Positions 15,460 through 25,677 of a stretch of DNA of 39,497 nucleotides are shown here, one piece after another; position 1 is the stretch's first letter; each line of letters begins with the position of its first letter. A program made the position numbers and the translations under genes. Source of the stretch: a virus (lineage: Duplodnaviria > Heunggongvirae > Uroviricota > Caudoviricetes); the IMG/VR virus record IMGVR_UViG_2778261536_000006; one strand, 5' to 3'. The notes under the pieces were generated by a model. The model did no database searches. It was not told where the DNA came from and worked only from the letters and a program-made list of their open reading frames with translations.

Positions 15460-15616
15460 AACTCCCCAGCCAGTCATTCCCGAGCCGCTGACCTATGGGG
15501 CCAGTCTGGATCTGAATGTGAGCCTGCTTTCGGCGTTGGGACAATGCAATATTGACAAAGCGGGGATTCGAAGTATCGAGATGCGCCGTAACGCTTTGTT
15601 GGCAGCAGGCAAATAG
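15344..15616 (+). CDS. Rz1-like o-spanin lipoprotein
   Basis: +1-frame ORF with lipobox LLTG|C and Pro-rich mature part; begins inside Rz and extends past its stop; start uncertain. Confidence 0.5.
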   Translation: MMIVLHVMCLLPLLTGCGSTRTVYVPIPAVPLPASLTTETPQPVIPEPLTYGASLDLNVSLLSALGQCNIDKAGIRSIEMRRNALLAAGK

Positions 15617-15642
15617 TCCGGACAAAGAACAGGAATATATTT

Positions 15643-15993
15643 ATGCCCCCACGAACCCCAAAAGCCTGCCGCGTTCGCGGCTGCCGCCATACCACCACTG
15701 ACTCGTCAGGCTATTGTGAAAGCCACAAAAGCGAAGGCTGGACGCAATATAAGCCAGGTCAGTCCCGTCACCAGCGCGGTTATGGTTCGAAGTGGGACGT
15801 TATCCGCGCGCGTGTGCTGAAGCGTGACAAAGGCCTGTGCCAGTTGTGCCTGCGTGCCGGTGTGGTACGTGAGGCGAAAACCGTTGACCACATCATCCCT
15901 AAAGCGCATGGCGGCACAGATGCCGACAGCAATCTGCAGAGCCTGTGCTGGCCGTGCCATAAGGCGAAGACGGCCCGTGAACGGCTAAAGTGA
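15643..15993 (+). CDS. HNH endonuclease (packaging-associated)
   Basis: 116 aa with Cys clusters and DHIIPKAHGGTD...N motifs; directly upstream of the terminase genes. Confidence 0.8.
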   Translation: MPPRTPKACRVRGCRHTTTDSSGYCESHKSEGWTQYKPGQSRHQRGYGSKWDVIRARVLKRDKGLCQLCLRAGVVREAKTVDHIIPKAHGGTDADSNLQSLCWPCHKAKTARERLK

Positions 15994-16013
15994 TAATAAT
16001 TCTCAACTGTCTG

Positions 16014-16080
16014 AGGGGAGGGGCGGGTCAAATCCCTGTGACCTGACGTCTTCCGGACTGCCCGCCCCATCGTTTTTTTA
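16014..16080 (+). other. G-rich hairpin plus T-run between HNH and TerS (terminator and/or cos-region candidate)
   Basis: GGGGAGGGGCGGG ... CCCGCCCC potential stem followed by TTTTTTT. Confidence 0.3.
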
Positions 16081-16118
16081 TACCCGCGAAAAATGAAATT
16101 TAACCAGGAGTGCCGCAT

Positions 16119-16613
16119 ATGGCTGGAACGGCGGGGCGTTCCGGGCGTCGCCCCAAGCCAACGGCGCGCAAGGCGCTGGCCGGAAACCCCGGCAAGCGAG
16201 CCCTGAACAAAGATGAACCTGTTTTTACGCCCATCAAAGGTGTTGAGCCACCAGAGTGGTTCGCTGAAGAAGATCTCCCTCTCGCCACGATCATGTGGCA
16301 ACTGACAACCAAAGAACTCTGCGGTCAGGGCCTGTTGTGCGTGACTGACCTCGCGGTGCTTGAGCGGTGGTGCGTGGCCTATGAGTTCTGGCGACGTGCC
16401 GTGAAAAATATTGCCATACAGGGCAACACCATCACCGGTGCAATGGGCGGCAGGGTCAAAAATCCGGAGCTGACCGCCAAAAAAGAACAGGAGTCCGAGA
16501 TGAGCAGCACGGGGGCAATGCTCGGACTCGACCCCAGCAGCCGCCAGCGTCTGATTGGCCTGGCGGGGCAGAAGAAAGCCACTAACCCGTTTCTGAAAAT
16601 CATCGAGTCATGA
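16119..16613 (+). CDS. Terminase small subunit
   Basis: Basic N-terminus (GRSGRRPKP), position upstream of TerL; ATG 16119 with AGGAG upstream (track starts at GTG 16110). Confidence 0.7.
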   Translation: MAGTAGRSGRRPKPTARKALAGNPGKRALNKDEPVFTPIKGVEPPEWFAEEDLPLATIMWQLTTKELCGQGLLCVTDLAVLERWCVAYEFWRRAVKNIAIQGNTITGAMGGRVKNPELTAKKEQESEMSSTGAMLGLDPSSRQRLIGLAGQKKATNPFLKIIES

Positions 16614-18343
16614 GCCGGAAATCTTACCCCAACGTAAATGCTGCCAATCAGTATGCCCGTGATGTTGTGCGCGGAAAGATTGTGGCCTGCCAGTTTGTGA
16701 TTCAGGCCTGCCAGCGCCATCTTGATGACCTGATGGCGGAAAAAAGTAAGTCGTTTCGTTACCGCTTCGACAAGGACCTGGCTGAACGGGCCGCCAAATT
16801 TATTCAGCTGTTGCCGCACACCAAGGGTGAGTGGGCATTCAAGAGGATGCCCATCACGCTGGAGCCGTGGCAGCTATTTGTGGTCTGCTGTGCGTTTGGC
16901 TGGGTCAATAAAGGGTCCCGGCTGCGCCGCTTCCGGGAGGTGTATACCGAAATCCCCCGTAAGAACGGCAAATCGGCAATCTCTGCCGGTGTTGCCCTGT
17001 ATTGTTTTGCCTGTGATAACGAGTTTGGCGCGGAAGTGTATTCCGGTGCCACGACAGAGAAACAGGCGTGGGAAGTCTTTCGCCCGGCGCGACTGATGTG
17101 TAAACGCACACCCATGCTGACGGAAGCGTTCGGGATTGAGGTTAACGCCTCAAACATGAATCGTCCGGAGGATGGCGCGCGGTTTGAACCGCTGATCGGT
17201 AACCCCGGTGATGGTTCATCACCCCACTGTGCGGTGGTGGATGAATATCACGAGCACGCCACCGATGCGCTTTACACCACGATGCTTACCGGGATGGGGG
17301 CGCGACGTCAGCCACTGATGTGGGCTATCACTACCGCCGGGTACAACATTGAGGGGCCGTGCTACGACAAACGGCGGGAAGTCATCGAGATGCTCAACGG
17401 CTCGGTGCCCAACGATGAACTGTTCGGGATCATCTATACCGTTGATGAAGGTGACGACTGGACCGACCCGCAGGTGCTGGAAAAAGCCAATCCAAATATT
17501 GGCGTGTCGGTTTATCGCGAATTTTTGTTAAGTCAGCAGCAGCGTGCGAAAAATAACGCCCGTCTGGCAAACGTCTTTAAAACAAAACACCTCAATATCT
17601 GGGTGTCGGCGCGTTCGGCGTATTTCAACCTGGTGAGCTGGCAGAGCTGCGAGGATAAATCACTGACCCTTGAGCAGTTTGAGGGGCAGCCGTGCATTCT
17701 GGCCTTTGACCTGGCGCGTAAGCTGGATATGAACAGTATGGCGCGACTTTATACCCGCGAGATTGACGGTAAAACGCATTACTACAGTGTGGCTCCGCGC
17801 TTCTGGGTACCGTATGACACGGTGTACAGCGTCGAGAAAAATGAAGATCGCCGGACAGCCGAGCGCTTTCAGAAATGGGTGGAAATGGGCGTTCTGACCG
17901 TTACCGATGGTGCGGAGGTGGATTATCGCTACATCCTCGAGGAGGCCAAAGCGGCGAACAAAATCAGCCCGGTCAGTGAGTCACCCATCGACCCCTTCGG
18001 GGCGACCGGGCTGTCGCATGACCTTGCGGATGAAGACCTGAACCCCATCACCATCATTCAGAACTACACCAACATGTCCGACCCGATGAAAGAGCTGGAA
18101 GCGGCAATTGAATCGGGGCGTTTTCATCATGACGGCAATCCCATCATGACCTGGTGTATCGGCAACGTGGTCGGCAAAACCATTCCGGGTAACGATGATG
18201 TGGTGAAGCCCGTCAAGGAGCAGGCGGAAAACAAAATTGATGGTGCAGTTGCGCTGATTATGGCGGTTGGCAGAGCCATGCTGTACGAGAAAGAAGACAC
18301 GCTGTCTGATCACATTGAGTCCTACGGGATCCGCTCGCTTTAA
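16610..18343 (+). CDS. Terminase large subunit
   Basis: 577 aa with ATPase and nuclease regions typical of TerL; start overlaps TerS stop. Confidence 0.9.
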   Translation: MSRKSYPNVNAANQYARDVVRGKIVACQFVIQACQRHLDDLMAEKSKSFRYRFDKDLAERAAKFIQLLPHTKGEWAFKRMPITLEPWQLFVVCCAFGWVNKGSRLRRFREVYTEIPRKNGKSAISAGVALYCFACDNEFGAEVYSGATTEKQAWEVFRPARLMCKRTPMLTEAFGIEVNASNMNRPEDGARFEPLIGNPGDGSSPHCAVVDEYHEHATDALYTTMLTGMGARRQPLMWAITTAGYNIEGPCYDKRREVIEMLNGSVPNDELFGIIYTVDEGDDWTDPQVLEKANPNIGVSVYREFLLSQQQRAKNNARLANVFKTKHLNIWVSARSAYFNLVSWQSCEDKSLTLEQFEGQPCILAFDLARKLDMNSMARLYTREIDGKTHYYSVAPRFWVPYDTVYSVEKNEDRRTAERFQKWVEMGVLTVTDGAEVDYRYILEEAKAANKISPVSESPIDPFGATGLSHDLADEDLNPITIIQNYTNMSDPMKELEAAIESGRFHHDGNPIMTWCIGNVVGKTIPGNDDVVKPVKEQAENKIDGAVALIMAVGRAMLYEKEDTLSDHIESYGIRSL

Positions 18344-18354
18344 CTGAGGTAATT

Positions 18355-18537
18355 ATGATCATGCTGATTCTCGCGCCTCTGGTGGGCGTGCTGGGTGCGC
18401 TTTTGCTGGCGTATGGTGCCTGGCTGATTTATCCCCCGGCGGGGTTTGTTGTTGCCGGGGCGCTGTGCCTGTTCTGGTCGTGGCTGGTGGCGCGATATCT
18501 CGACCGTACACAGCCGTCTGTCGGCGGAGGTAAATAG
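18355..18537 (+). CDS. Small membrane protein (60 aa), hypothetical
   Basis: Two predicted transmembrane helices; GAGG upstream; lies between TerL and portal. Confidence 0.35.
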   Translation: MIMLILAPLVGVLGALLLAYGAWLIYPPAGFVVAGALCLFWSWLVARYLDRTQPSVGGGK

Positions 18538-19778
18538 TGTTCTTTTCGGGATTATTTCAACGAAAAAGTGACGCACCGGTGACCACGCCAGCAGAGCTGG
18601 CGGAGGCTATCGGGTTGTCCTACGACACCTATACCGGAAAGCAGATCAGCAGCCAGCGGGCCATGCGACTGACGGCGGTTTTTTCCTGTGTCAGGGTGCT
18701 GGCGGAGTCGGTCGGGATGTTGCCCTGCAACCTGTATCACCTGAACGGCAGCCTGAAGCAGAGAGCCACTGGCGAACGTCTGCATAAGCTGATCTCCACG
18801 CATCCCAATGGCTATATGACGCCGCAGGAGTTCTGGGAGCTGGTGGTCACCTGTCTGTGCCTGCGGGGAAACTTTTACGCCTACAAAGTGAAAGCATTTG
18901 GCGAAGTGGCTGAACTGCTGCCCGTCGATCCCGGCTGTGTGGTACCGAAGCTTAACAGTAGCTGGGAGCCGGTCTATCAGGTCACATTCCCGGATGGCTC
19001 CACGGATGTACTGAGCCAGGAGGATATCTGGCATGTGCGCACGCTGACGCTGGACGGACTGGTGGGGCTGAATCCCATCGCCTATGCCCGCGAGGCAATA
19101 TCGCTGGCGGCAGCGACCGAAGAGCACGGGGCCAGACTGTTCAGCAATGGCGCGGTGACGTCGGGTGTGTTGCGTACAGAGCAGACGCTGTCAGATCAGG
19201 CTTATGAGCGCCTGAAGAAAGATTTTGAGGAGCGTCACACCGGGCTTGGCAATGCTCACCGCCCGATGATCCTTGAGATGGGGCTGGACTGGAAGTCGAT
19301 GGCGCTGAACGCCGAGGACAGCCAGTTCCTGGAAACCCGCAAGTTTCAGCTTGAAGAAATCTGTCGTCTGTTCCGGGTGCCATTGCACATGGTGCAGAAC
19401 ACCGATCGCGCCACCTTCAACAATATCGAAGAGCTGGGGCTGGGATTTATCAACTATTCACTGGTGCCGTATCTGACCCGCATTGAGCAGCGGATCAACA
19501 CCGGACTGGTACGAAAAAGTAAGCAGGGCGTTTATTACGCCAAATTTAACGCCGGGGCGTTACTGCGCGGGGATATGAAGTCCCGTTTTGAAGCCTACGC
19601 CACCGGTATCAACTGGGGAATTTACTCTCCCAATGACTGCCGCGACCTGGAAGATATGAATCCGCGTCCCGGTGGGGATGTCTATCTCACACCGATGAAC
19701 ATGACCACGAAACCCTCCGATGGCAGTAAAGCCGGTAAGCAGAAGGATAACGCCAATGCAGACGAAACAACGTCTTGA
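18537..19778 (+). CDS. Portal protein (HK97-like)
   Basis: 413 aa, GTG start overlapping the upstream stop, portal-family features; followed by protease and capsid. Confidence 0.85.
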   Translation: MFFSGLFQRKSDAPVTTPAELAEAIGLSYDTYTGKQISSQRAMRLTAVFSCVRVLAESVGMLPCNLYHLNGSLKQRATGERLHKLISTHPNGYMTPQEFWELVVTCLCLRGNFYAYKVKAFGEVAELLPVDPGCVVPKLNSSWEPVYQVTFPDGSTDVLSQEDIWHVRTLTLDGLVGLNPIAYAREAISLAAATEEHGARLFSNGAVTSGVLRTEQTLSDQAYERLKKDFEERHTGLGNAHRPMILEMGLDWKSMALNAEDSQFLETRKFQLEEICRLFRVPLHMVQNTDRATFNNIEELGLGFINYSLVPYLTRIEQRINTGLVRKSKQGVYYAKFNAGALLRGDMKSRFEAYATGINWGIYSPNDCRDLEDMNPRPGGDVYLTPMNMTTKPSDGSKAGKQKDNANADETTS

Positions 19779-20406
19779 TGTACCGCTGAGTCTGAAATCT
19801 GTCAGTGACTCCGGTGAGTTTGAAGGGTATGGCTCCGTCTTTGGTGTAAAGGACAGCCACGATGATGTGGTGATGTCCGGGGCATTTGCTGCTTCCCTGC
19901 GGGCGTGGAGTGACAGAAAAGCGTTACCTGCGCTGCTCTGGCAGCACCGCATGGATGAGCCCATCGGTGTTTACACCGAAATGAAGGAAGACGATGTCGG
20001 GCTTTACGTCAGGGGGCGATTGCTCATTGATGATGATCCCCTGGCAAAACGCGCACATGCACACATGAAGGCCGGTTCGTTAACCGGCCTTTCTATTGGG
20101 TACGTCCTGAAAGACTGGGAATATGACCGGAGCAAAGAAGCCTTTCTGCTGAAAGAAATCGACCTCTGGGAAGTCAGTCTGGTGACGTTCCCGTCTAACG
20201 ACGAAGCGCGGATCAGCGACGTCAAGAACGCACTGGCCCGCGGGGAAATCCCCGAACAGAAAAAAATCGAAAGAGTCCTGCGTGATGTCGGACTCTCCCG
20301 TTCCCAGGCCAAAGCATTCATGGCCGGGGGCTATGGCGCACTGTCCCTGCGCGACGCTGAGGATGTGGGCTCTGCACTGAATGCACTGAAAAATCTGAAC
20401 TTCTAA
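19756..20406 (+). CDS. Prohead protease (HK97-like)
   Basis: Sits between portal and major capsid; start set at ATG 19756 with AAGGA upstream (track ORF from 19720). Confidence 0.8.
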   Translation: MQTKQRLDVPLSLKSVSDSGEFEGYGSVFGVKDSHDDVVMSGAFAASLRAWSDRKALPALLWQHRMDEPIGVYTEMKEDDVGLYVRGRLLIDDDPLAKRAHAHMKAGSLTGLSIGYVLKDWEYDRSKEAFLLKEIDLWEVSLVTFPSNDEARISDVKNALARGEIPEQKKIERVLRDVGLSRSQAKAFMAGGYGALSLRDAEDVGSALNALKNLNF

Positions 20407-20420
20407 TCAGGAGAAATACG

Positions 20421-21626
20421 ATGGCGGTTGATATTAAAGATGTCGAACAGGTCGCGCAGGAGCTGCAGCAGAAGTTTGACGACTTCAAAGCAAAGAACGA
20501 CAAGCGCGTGGATGCGATTGAGCAGGAAAAAGGCAAGCTTGCCGGGCAGGTGGAAACCCTGAACGGGAAACTCAGCGAGCTGGAAAATCTCAAAAGCGAC
20601 CTTGAAAAAGAGCTGCTTGAGCTGAAACGTCCGGCTGGTGGAGCGCAAAATAAACTGGCCACCGAGCATAAAGAGGCGTTTGTGGGCTTCCTGCGTAAGG
20701 GCCGTGAAGACGGTCTGCGCGATCTGGAGCGTAAGGCATTGCAGGTGGGTACCGATGAAGACGGTGGCTACGCCGTGCCGGAAGCACTGGATCGCAACAT
20801 TCTTAACCTGCTGAAAGATGAAGTGGTGATGCGTCAGGAAGCCACGGTGATCACCGTTGGCGGTTCCGACTACAAAAAACTGGTGAATCTGGGCGGTACG
20901 GCTTCCGGATGGGTGGGGGAAACGGATACGCGATCCCAGACTGCCACCTCCAGACTGGAGCTGATTGAACCTCTCATGGGGGAAATCTACGGCAACCCGC
21001 AGGCTACCCAGAAAATGCTGGACGATGCCTTCTTCAACGTAGAGGCCTGGATCAACAGCGAGCTGGCAACCGAATTTGCCGAACAGGAAGAAATTGCCTT
21101 TACCTCAGGCGATGGCACCAAGAAGCCGAAAGGGTTCCTGGCGTATGAATCCACGGATGAAACCGACAAGGTCCGGGCGTTCGGCAAACTTCAGCATATT
21201 GTATCCGGCGACGCGACTGCGGTGACCGCAGACGCCATTATCAAACTGATTTACACGCTGCGAAAGGCACACCGCACTGGCGCGAAGTTCATGATGAACA
21301 ACAACAGCCTGTTTGCCATCCGTCTGCTGAAAGACACCGAGGGTAACTATCTGTGGCGTCCGGGGCTGGAACTGGGGCAGCCGTCCTCTCTTGCGGGTTA
21401 CGGTATCGCTGAAAACGAACAGATGCCGGATATCGCCGCTGATGCGAAAGCCATTGCATTTGGTAACTTCAAGCGGGGTTACACCATCGTTGACCGTATC
21501 GGCACCCGCATTCTGCGTGACCCGTACACCAATAAACCGTTTGTCGGTTTTTATACCACCAAGCGCACCGGCGGGATGCTGGTCGATTCGCAGGCCATCA
21601 AACTGCTGAAGATTGCAGCGGCGTAA
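20421..21626 (+). CDS. Major capsid protein (HK97 fold)
   Basis: 401 aa with N-terminal coiled-coil delta-domain-like region followed by capsid core; downstream of protease. Confidence 0.85.
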   Translation: MAVDIKDVEQVAQELQQKFDDFKAKNDKRVDAIEQEKGKLAGQVETLNGKLSELENLKSDLEKELLELKRPAGGAQNKLATEHKEAFVGFLRKGREDGLRDLERKALQVGTDEDGGYAVPEALDRNILNLLKDEVVMRQEATVITVGGSDYKKLVNLGGTASGWVGETDTRSQTATSRLELIEPLMGEIYGNPQATQKMLDDAFFNVEAWINSELATEFAEQEEIAFTSGDGTKKPKGFLAYESTDETDKVRAFGKLQHIVSGDATAVTADAIIKLIYTLRKAHRTGAKFMMNNNSLFAIRLLKDTEGNYLWRPGLELGQPSSLAGYGIAENEQMPDIAADAKAIAFGNFKRGYTIVDRIGTRILRDPYTNKPFVGFYTTKRTGGMLVDSQAIKLLKIAAA

Positions 21627-21633
21627 TCATTCA

Positions 21634-21660
21634 GGGGCGCGGAACCGCGCCCCCTGTTCT
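21634..21660 (+). terminator. Hairpin/terminator after the capsid gene
   Basis: GGGGCGCGG-AA-CCGCGCCCC stem followed by a T-containing tract; coordinates +/-1. Confidence 0.45.
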
Positions 21661-21675
21661 GACGGGTGAAGAATC

Positions 21676-21876
21676 ATGATCCTGAAACAAGATCTGAAAT
21701 GGTCACCGGACGGCATGCGTGTTGAGGTCATTCGGGCCGGTGAGTATGACGAGGGGGCGCTTCCTGCCCGGGTGCAGGAGATTGCACTTCAGGCCGGGTT
21801 AGCAGAGCGCGGAACCAGTGCAAAAAGCAGTAAAGCGGCAAAAGAGAAAAAAGCCACGACCAGTAAAGAGGGCTGA
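21676..21876 (+). CDS. Small hypothetical head-module protein (66 aa)
   Basis: ORF between capsid and connector genes with Lys/Ala/Ser-rich C-terminus. Confidence 0.35.
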   Translation: MILKQDLKWSPDGMRVEVIRAGEYDEGALPARVQEIALQAGLAERGTSAKSSKAAKEKKATTSKEG

Positions 21877-21878
21877 GT

Positions 21879-22202
21879 ATGCTTCTGACAATGGAAGAGA
21901 TTAAAGCCCAACTCCGGCTGGATGAGGATTTTGATGCTGATGACCGCCATCTGCAACTGCTGGCCTGTGCGGCACAAAAGCGGACGGAAACGTATCTGAA
22001 CCGGAAGCTCTATGCACCGGATGAAACCATTCCGGACAGCGATCCGGATGGGCTGCACCTGCCGGATGATATTCGTCTGGGGATGCTGATGCTTATCAGC
22101 CATTTTTACGAAAACCGCTCGTCGGTTACGGAAGTGGAGAAACTCGACATGCCGCAGAGTTTTGGCTGGCTTGTCGGCCCGTACAGGTACTTTCCGCAAT
22201 GA
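21879..22202 (+). CDS. Head-tail connector (gp6-like DNA packaging/adaptor) protein
   Basis: 107 aa starting MLLTMEEIKAQLRLDED, typical of gp6-like connector proteins. Confidence 0.6.
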   Translation: MLLTMEEIKAQLRLDEDFDADDRHLQLLACAAQKRTETYLNRKLYAPDETIPDSDPDGLHLPDDIRLGMLMLISHFYENRSSVTEVEKLDMPQSFGWLVGPYRYFPQ

Positions 22203-22609
22203 AAATTCGTCAGGCGCAGACCAGCGCAACCTACATTCTGCCGGACCCCGGCGAACTGAATAAACGCGTCCTGATCCGCCAGCGGGTGGATATGCCCGCG
22301 GATAACTTTGGCGTGGAGCCTCAATACCCGGTTGCGTTCCGGGCATGGGCGAAGGTTATCCAGACCAGTGCCACCACCTGGCAGGAAACCGCGCAGATCG
22401 GAGACGCCATCACCCATTACATCACCATTCGCTACCGCCGGGGGATCACTGCTGATTATGAGGTGGTCTGTGATGACAGTGTGTACCGGGTGAAGCGTCA
22501 GCGTGATCTGAACGGGGCGCGGCGCTTTCTGCTGCTGGAGTGTACGGAACTGGGTGCCGAAGAACAAATGGGAGGACGCAGTGGAGCAGACAGCATTTTT
22601 ACACGTTGA
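22199..22609 (+). CDS. Head closure / head-tail joining protein
   Basis: 136 aa, overlapping stop/start with the connector gene; family resemblance only. Confidence 0.55.
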   Translation: MKIRQAQTSATYILPDPGELNKRVLIRQRVDMPADNFGVEPQYPVAFRAWAKVIQTSATTWQETAQIGDAITHYITIRYRRGITADYEVVCDDSVYRVKRQRDLNGARRFLLLECTELGAEEQMGGRSGADSIFTR

Positions 22610-23105
22610 TTTCAAACAACCGGAGGAGATGGAGTTTAATCGTGCCAGGCTCCGAAGGGCATTTGTTCAAATCGGGCGTGTCTATATGCGTGATGCCCGG
22701 CGGCTGGTGATGCGACGTGGTCGGTCTGCTCCAGGTGAAAACCCCGGCTATCAGACCGGACGACTTGCGCGTTCTATAGGTTATTACGTCCCCCGTAAAA
22801 GCTCCCGTCGTTCTGGCCTGATGGTCAGGATTTCCCCTAACCAGAAAAACGGGCAGGGTAACCGGCGTTTTCCTGAAGGTTCTGCGTATTATCCGGCGTT
22901 TCTGTATTACGGTGTGCGTCATGCCGCATACGGGATGAGCAAAAAGGATAAGCGCCAGAAAAAGCAGCATTCATCCCGCTGGCGGCTGGCACCACGTAAT
23001 AACTTTATGGCTGATGTCATCGACCAGCGTCGTTACTGGACACAAAAGTTACTGTCCCGTGAGTTACAGCGGTCATTACGTCCTGTAAGAAGGAAAAAAA
23101 CATGA
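22581..23105 (+). CDS. HK97 gp10-like neck/tail-attachment protein
   Basis: Basic protein downstream of head-closure gene; GTG 22581 with GGGAGGA upstream chosen as start (track ORF from 22554); start uncertain. Confidence 0.45.
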   Translation: MEQTAFLHVDFKQPEEMEFNRARLRRAFVQIGRVYMRDARRLVMRRGRSAPGENPGYQTGRLARSIGYYVPRKSSRRSGLMVRISPNQKNGQGNRRFPEGSAYYPAFLYYGVRHAAYGMSKKDKRQKKQHSSRWRLAPRNNFMADVIDQRRYWTQKLLSRELQRSLRPVRRKKT

Positions 23106-23662
23106 AACTGACGCCTGTTATTGCTGCGCTGCGTGCCCGCTGCCCGTATTTTGAAAACCGGGTGGCAGGCGCGGCCCAGTTCAAAAATCTGCCGGAGGTC
23201 GGAAAGCTGAGACTCCCGGCGGCGTATGTGGTACCGGGGGATGATTCTCCGGGAGAAAACAAAAGCCAGACCGACTATTGGCAGGAGCTGAAAGAGGGCT
23301 TCTCAGTGGTTGTCATACTGAGTAACGGGCGTGATGAGCGCGGTCAGTTTGCTTCGTATGATGTGGTGGACGATGTCCGGCAGATGCTCTTTAAGGCCCT
23401 GCTGGGCTGGAACCCGGAAGCGTGCGGTAACCCGATTACCTATGACGGCGGCACGCTGCTGGATCTGAATCGTCATGAGCTGATTTATCAGTTCGATTTT
23501 TCGATCATCAGCGAGCTGACTGAAGACGATACCCGCCAGCAGGATGACCTGAACAGTCTGGATGAACTGCGAACGCTGGCGATTGATGTTGATTATCTCG
23601 ATCCCGGTAACGGGCCTGACGGCGATATCGAACATCACACCGAAATAACCCTTCCTTCCTGA
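23102..23662 (+). CDS. Tail-associated protein (Mu gp37-like), hypothetical
   Basis: 186-aa ORF immediately upstream of the sheath gene cluster. Confidence 0.45.
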   Translation: MKLTPVIAALRARCPYFENRVAGAAQFKNLPEVGKLRLPAAYVVPGDDSPGENKSQTDYWQELKEGFSVVVILSNGRDERGQFASYDVVDDVRQMLFKALLGWNPEACGNPITYDGGTLLDLNRHELIYQFDFSIISELTEDDTRQQDDLNSLDELRTLAIDVDYLDPGNGPDGDIEHHTEITLPS

Positions 23663-23670
23663 GAATCTTC

Positions 23671-23841
23671 ATGTTTGTGAAACCTGTTAAAGGGCGGTCA
23701 GTGCCTGACCCCGCCCGCGGTGACCTTTTGCCCGCCGAAGGGCGAAATGTTGACGAGAACAACTACTGGCTGCGCCGTGAAGCAGCGGGTGATATCCGGC
23801 GCGTGAATAAAAAGGTGAACACCGATGACGATAAGCTTTAA
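23671..23841 (+). CDS. Small Mu-like protein (DUF2635-like), 56 aa
   Basis: MFVKPVKGRSVPDPARGDLLPAEGRNV...; overlaps sheath start by 17 nt; below ORF-track cutoff. Confidence 0.35.
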   Translation: MFVKPVKGRSVPDPARGDLLPAEGRNVDENNYWLRREAAGDIRRVNKKVNTDDDKL

Positions 23842-25321
23842 CACCATTCCGTCGAATACGCTGGTTCCGCTGTTTTATGCGGAAATGGATAACTCGGCGG
23901 CGAATACTGCACAGGACAGCGGAGCATCACTGCTGATTGGTCATGCCAATAACGGTGCAGAGATTGTTGCCAACAGTCTGCTGCTGATGCCGTCGGCAGA
24001 CTATGCACGTCAGATTTGTGGTGCGGGAAGTCAGCTGGCGCGTATGGTCGAGGCTTATCGCCAGACCGACCCGTTTGGTGAGCTGTATGTGATTGCCGTT
24101 CCTGAATCCACGGGCGCGGCGGCAACGGTTACGCTGACGGTGACCGGGGCGGCAACCGAAACCGGCACGGTAAATGTTTATGTGGGACGTACCCGCGTGC
24201 AGGCACCGGTGACCAACGGCGATAACGTCACGACGATTGCCAGCAGTATCCAGGATGCCATCAATGCCGTTCCGGCTCTGCCGTTTACGGCCTCATCTTC
24301 GGCAGGCGTGGTCACGCTGACCGCGCGTCATAAGGGGCTTTGCGGGAATGAAATTCCTGTCAGCCTCAATTACTACGGCTTTGGTGGGGGCGAAGTTCTG
24401 CCAGCGGGCGTACAGATTGCCGTGGCGGCGGGGACCGCCGGAACGGGCGCTCCTGTTCTCACCGGCGCGGTGGCTGCAATGGCGGATGAGCCGTTTGATT
24501 ATATCGGTCTGCCGTTCAACGACACTGCCTCCGTTAACACGCTGGTGACCGAGATGAACGATACCAGCGGTCGCTGGAGCTATGCGCGTCAGCTGTATGG
24601 TCATGTGTATACGGCAAAGATCGGCACGCTGTCAGAACTGGTGACCGCAGGTGATCAGTTTAACCAGCAGCACATTACCCTGGCGGGGTACGAAAAAGAG
24701 ACCCAGACGCCTGCCGACGAGCTGGCGGCAAGCCGTACCGCCCGCGCAGCGGTGTTTATTCGCAACGATCCGGCACGTCCCACGCAGACCGGTGAGCTGG
24801 TGGGTATGCTGCCTGCGCCGAAGGGGAAACGGTTCACGATGACCGAACAACAGACCCTGCTGTCTCATGGCGTGGCAACGGCGTATGTCGAAAGCGGGGT
24901 ACTACGCATTCAGCGTGATGTCACCACGTACAGGAAAAACGCTTATGGGGTTGCGGATAACAGCTACCTCGACAGTGAGACGCTGCATACCAGCGCGTAT
25001 GTACTGCGCAAACTGAAATCCGTCATTACCAGTAAGTACGGGCGTCACAAGCTTGCCAGTGACGGTACCCGCTTTGGTCCCGGTCAGGCGATTGTCACCC
25101 CGGCGGTGATCAAAGGGGAACTGCTGGCAACCTACCGTCAGCTTGAGCGTGCGGGGATCGTGGAAAACTACGAACTGTTTAAGCAGTACCTGGTTGTGGA
25201 GCGTGATGCCAGCGATCCGAACCGCCTGAACACGCTGTTCCCGCCTGACTATGTTAACCAGTTGCGTGTCTTTGCCGTGGTTAACCAGTTCCGTCTTCAG
25301 TATTCAGAGGAGTCTGCATAA
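23825..25321 (+). CDS. Contractile tail sheath protein (Mu L-like)
   Basis: 498 aa, followed by tube, chaperone and tape measure in canonical myovirus order. Confidence 0.85.
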   Translation: MTISFNTIPSNTLVPLFYAEMDNSAANTAQDSGASLLIGHANNGAEIVANSLLLMPSADYARQICGAGSQLARMVEAYRQTDPFGELYVIAVPESTGAAATVTLTVTGAATETGTVNVYVGRTRVQAPVTNGDNVTTIASSIQDAINAVPALPFTASSSAGVVTLTARHKGLCGNEIPVSLNYYGFGGGEVLPAGVQIAVAAGTAGTGAPVLTGAVAAMADEPFDYIGLPFNDTASVNTLVTEMNDTSGRWSYARQLYGHVYTAKIGTLSELVTAGDQFNQQHITLAGYEKETQTPADELAASRTARAAVFIRNDPARPTQTGELVGMLPAPKGKRFTMTEQQTLLSHGVATAYVESGVLRIQRDVTTYRKNAYGVADNSYLDSETLHTSAYVLRKLKSVITSKYGRHKLASDGTRFGPGQAIVTPAVIKGELLATYRQLERAGIVENYELFKQYLVVERDASDPNRLNTLFPPDYVNQLRVFAVVNQFRLQYSEESA

Positions 25322-25677
25322 TGGCCCGTATCGGGGGAACCTGTTATTTCAAAATTGACGGTCAGCAGCTATCGCTGACCGGCGGCATTGAGGTGCCCAT
25401 GAACAGGACGGTTAATGATGACATCATCGGCCTGGACGGTTCAGTGGACCGCAAGGAAACTCACCGTGCACCTTATGTCAAAGGGACCTTCAAGGTGCCG
25501 AAGAATTTTCCGGTGAGCAAAATCACCTCGTCTGATGAGATGACCATCACTGCCGAGCTGGCGAACGGTCAGGTCTATGTATTGTCGTCTGCCTGGCTGC
25601 ACGGTGAAGCGAACCATAATGCCGAAGAAGGCACGGTTGATCTTGAGTTCCACGGTGAAGAAGGGGATTACCAGTGA
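25321..25677 (+). CDS. Tail tube protein (Mu M-like)
   Basis: 118-aa ORF immediately after the sheath gene. Confidence 0.7.
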   Translation: MARIGGTCYFKIDGQQLSLTGGIEVPMNRTVNDDIIGLDGSVDRKETHRAPYVKGTFKVPKNFPVSKITSSDEMTITAELANGQVYVLSSAWLHGEANHNAEEGTVDLEFHGEEGDYQ

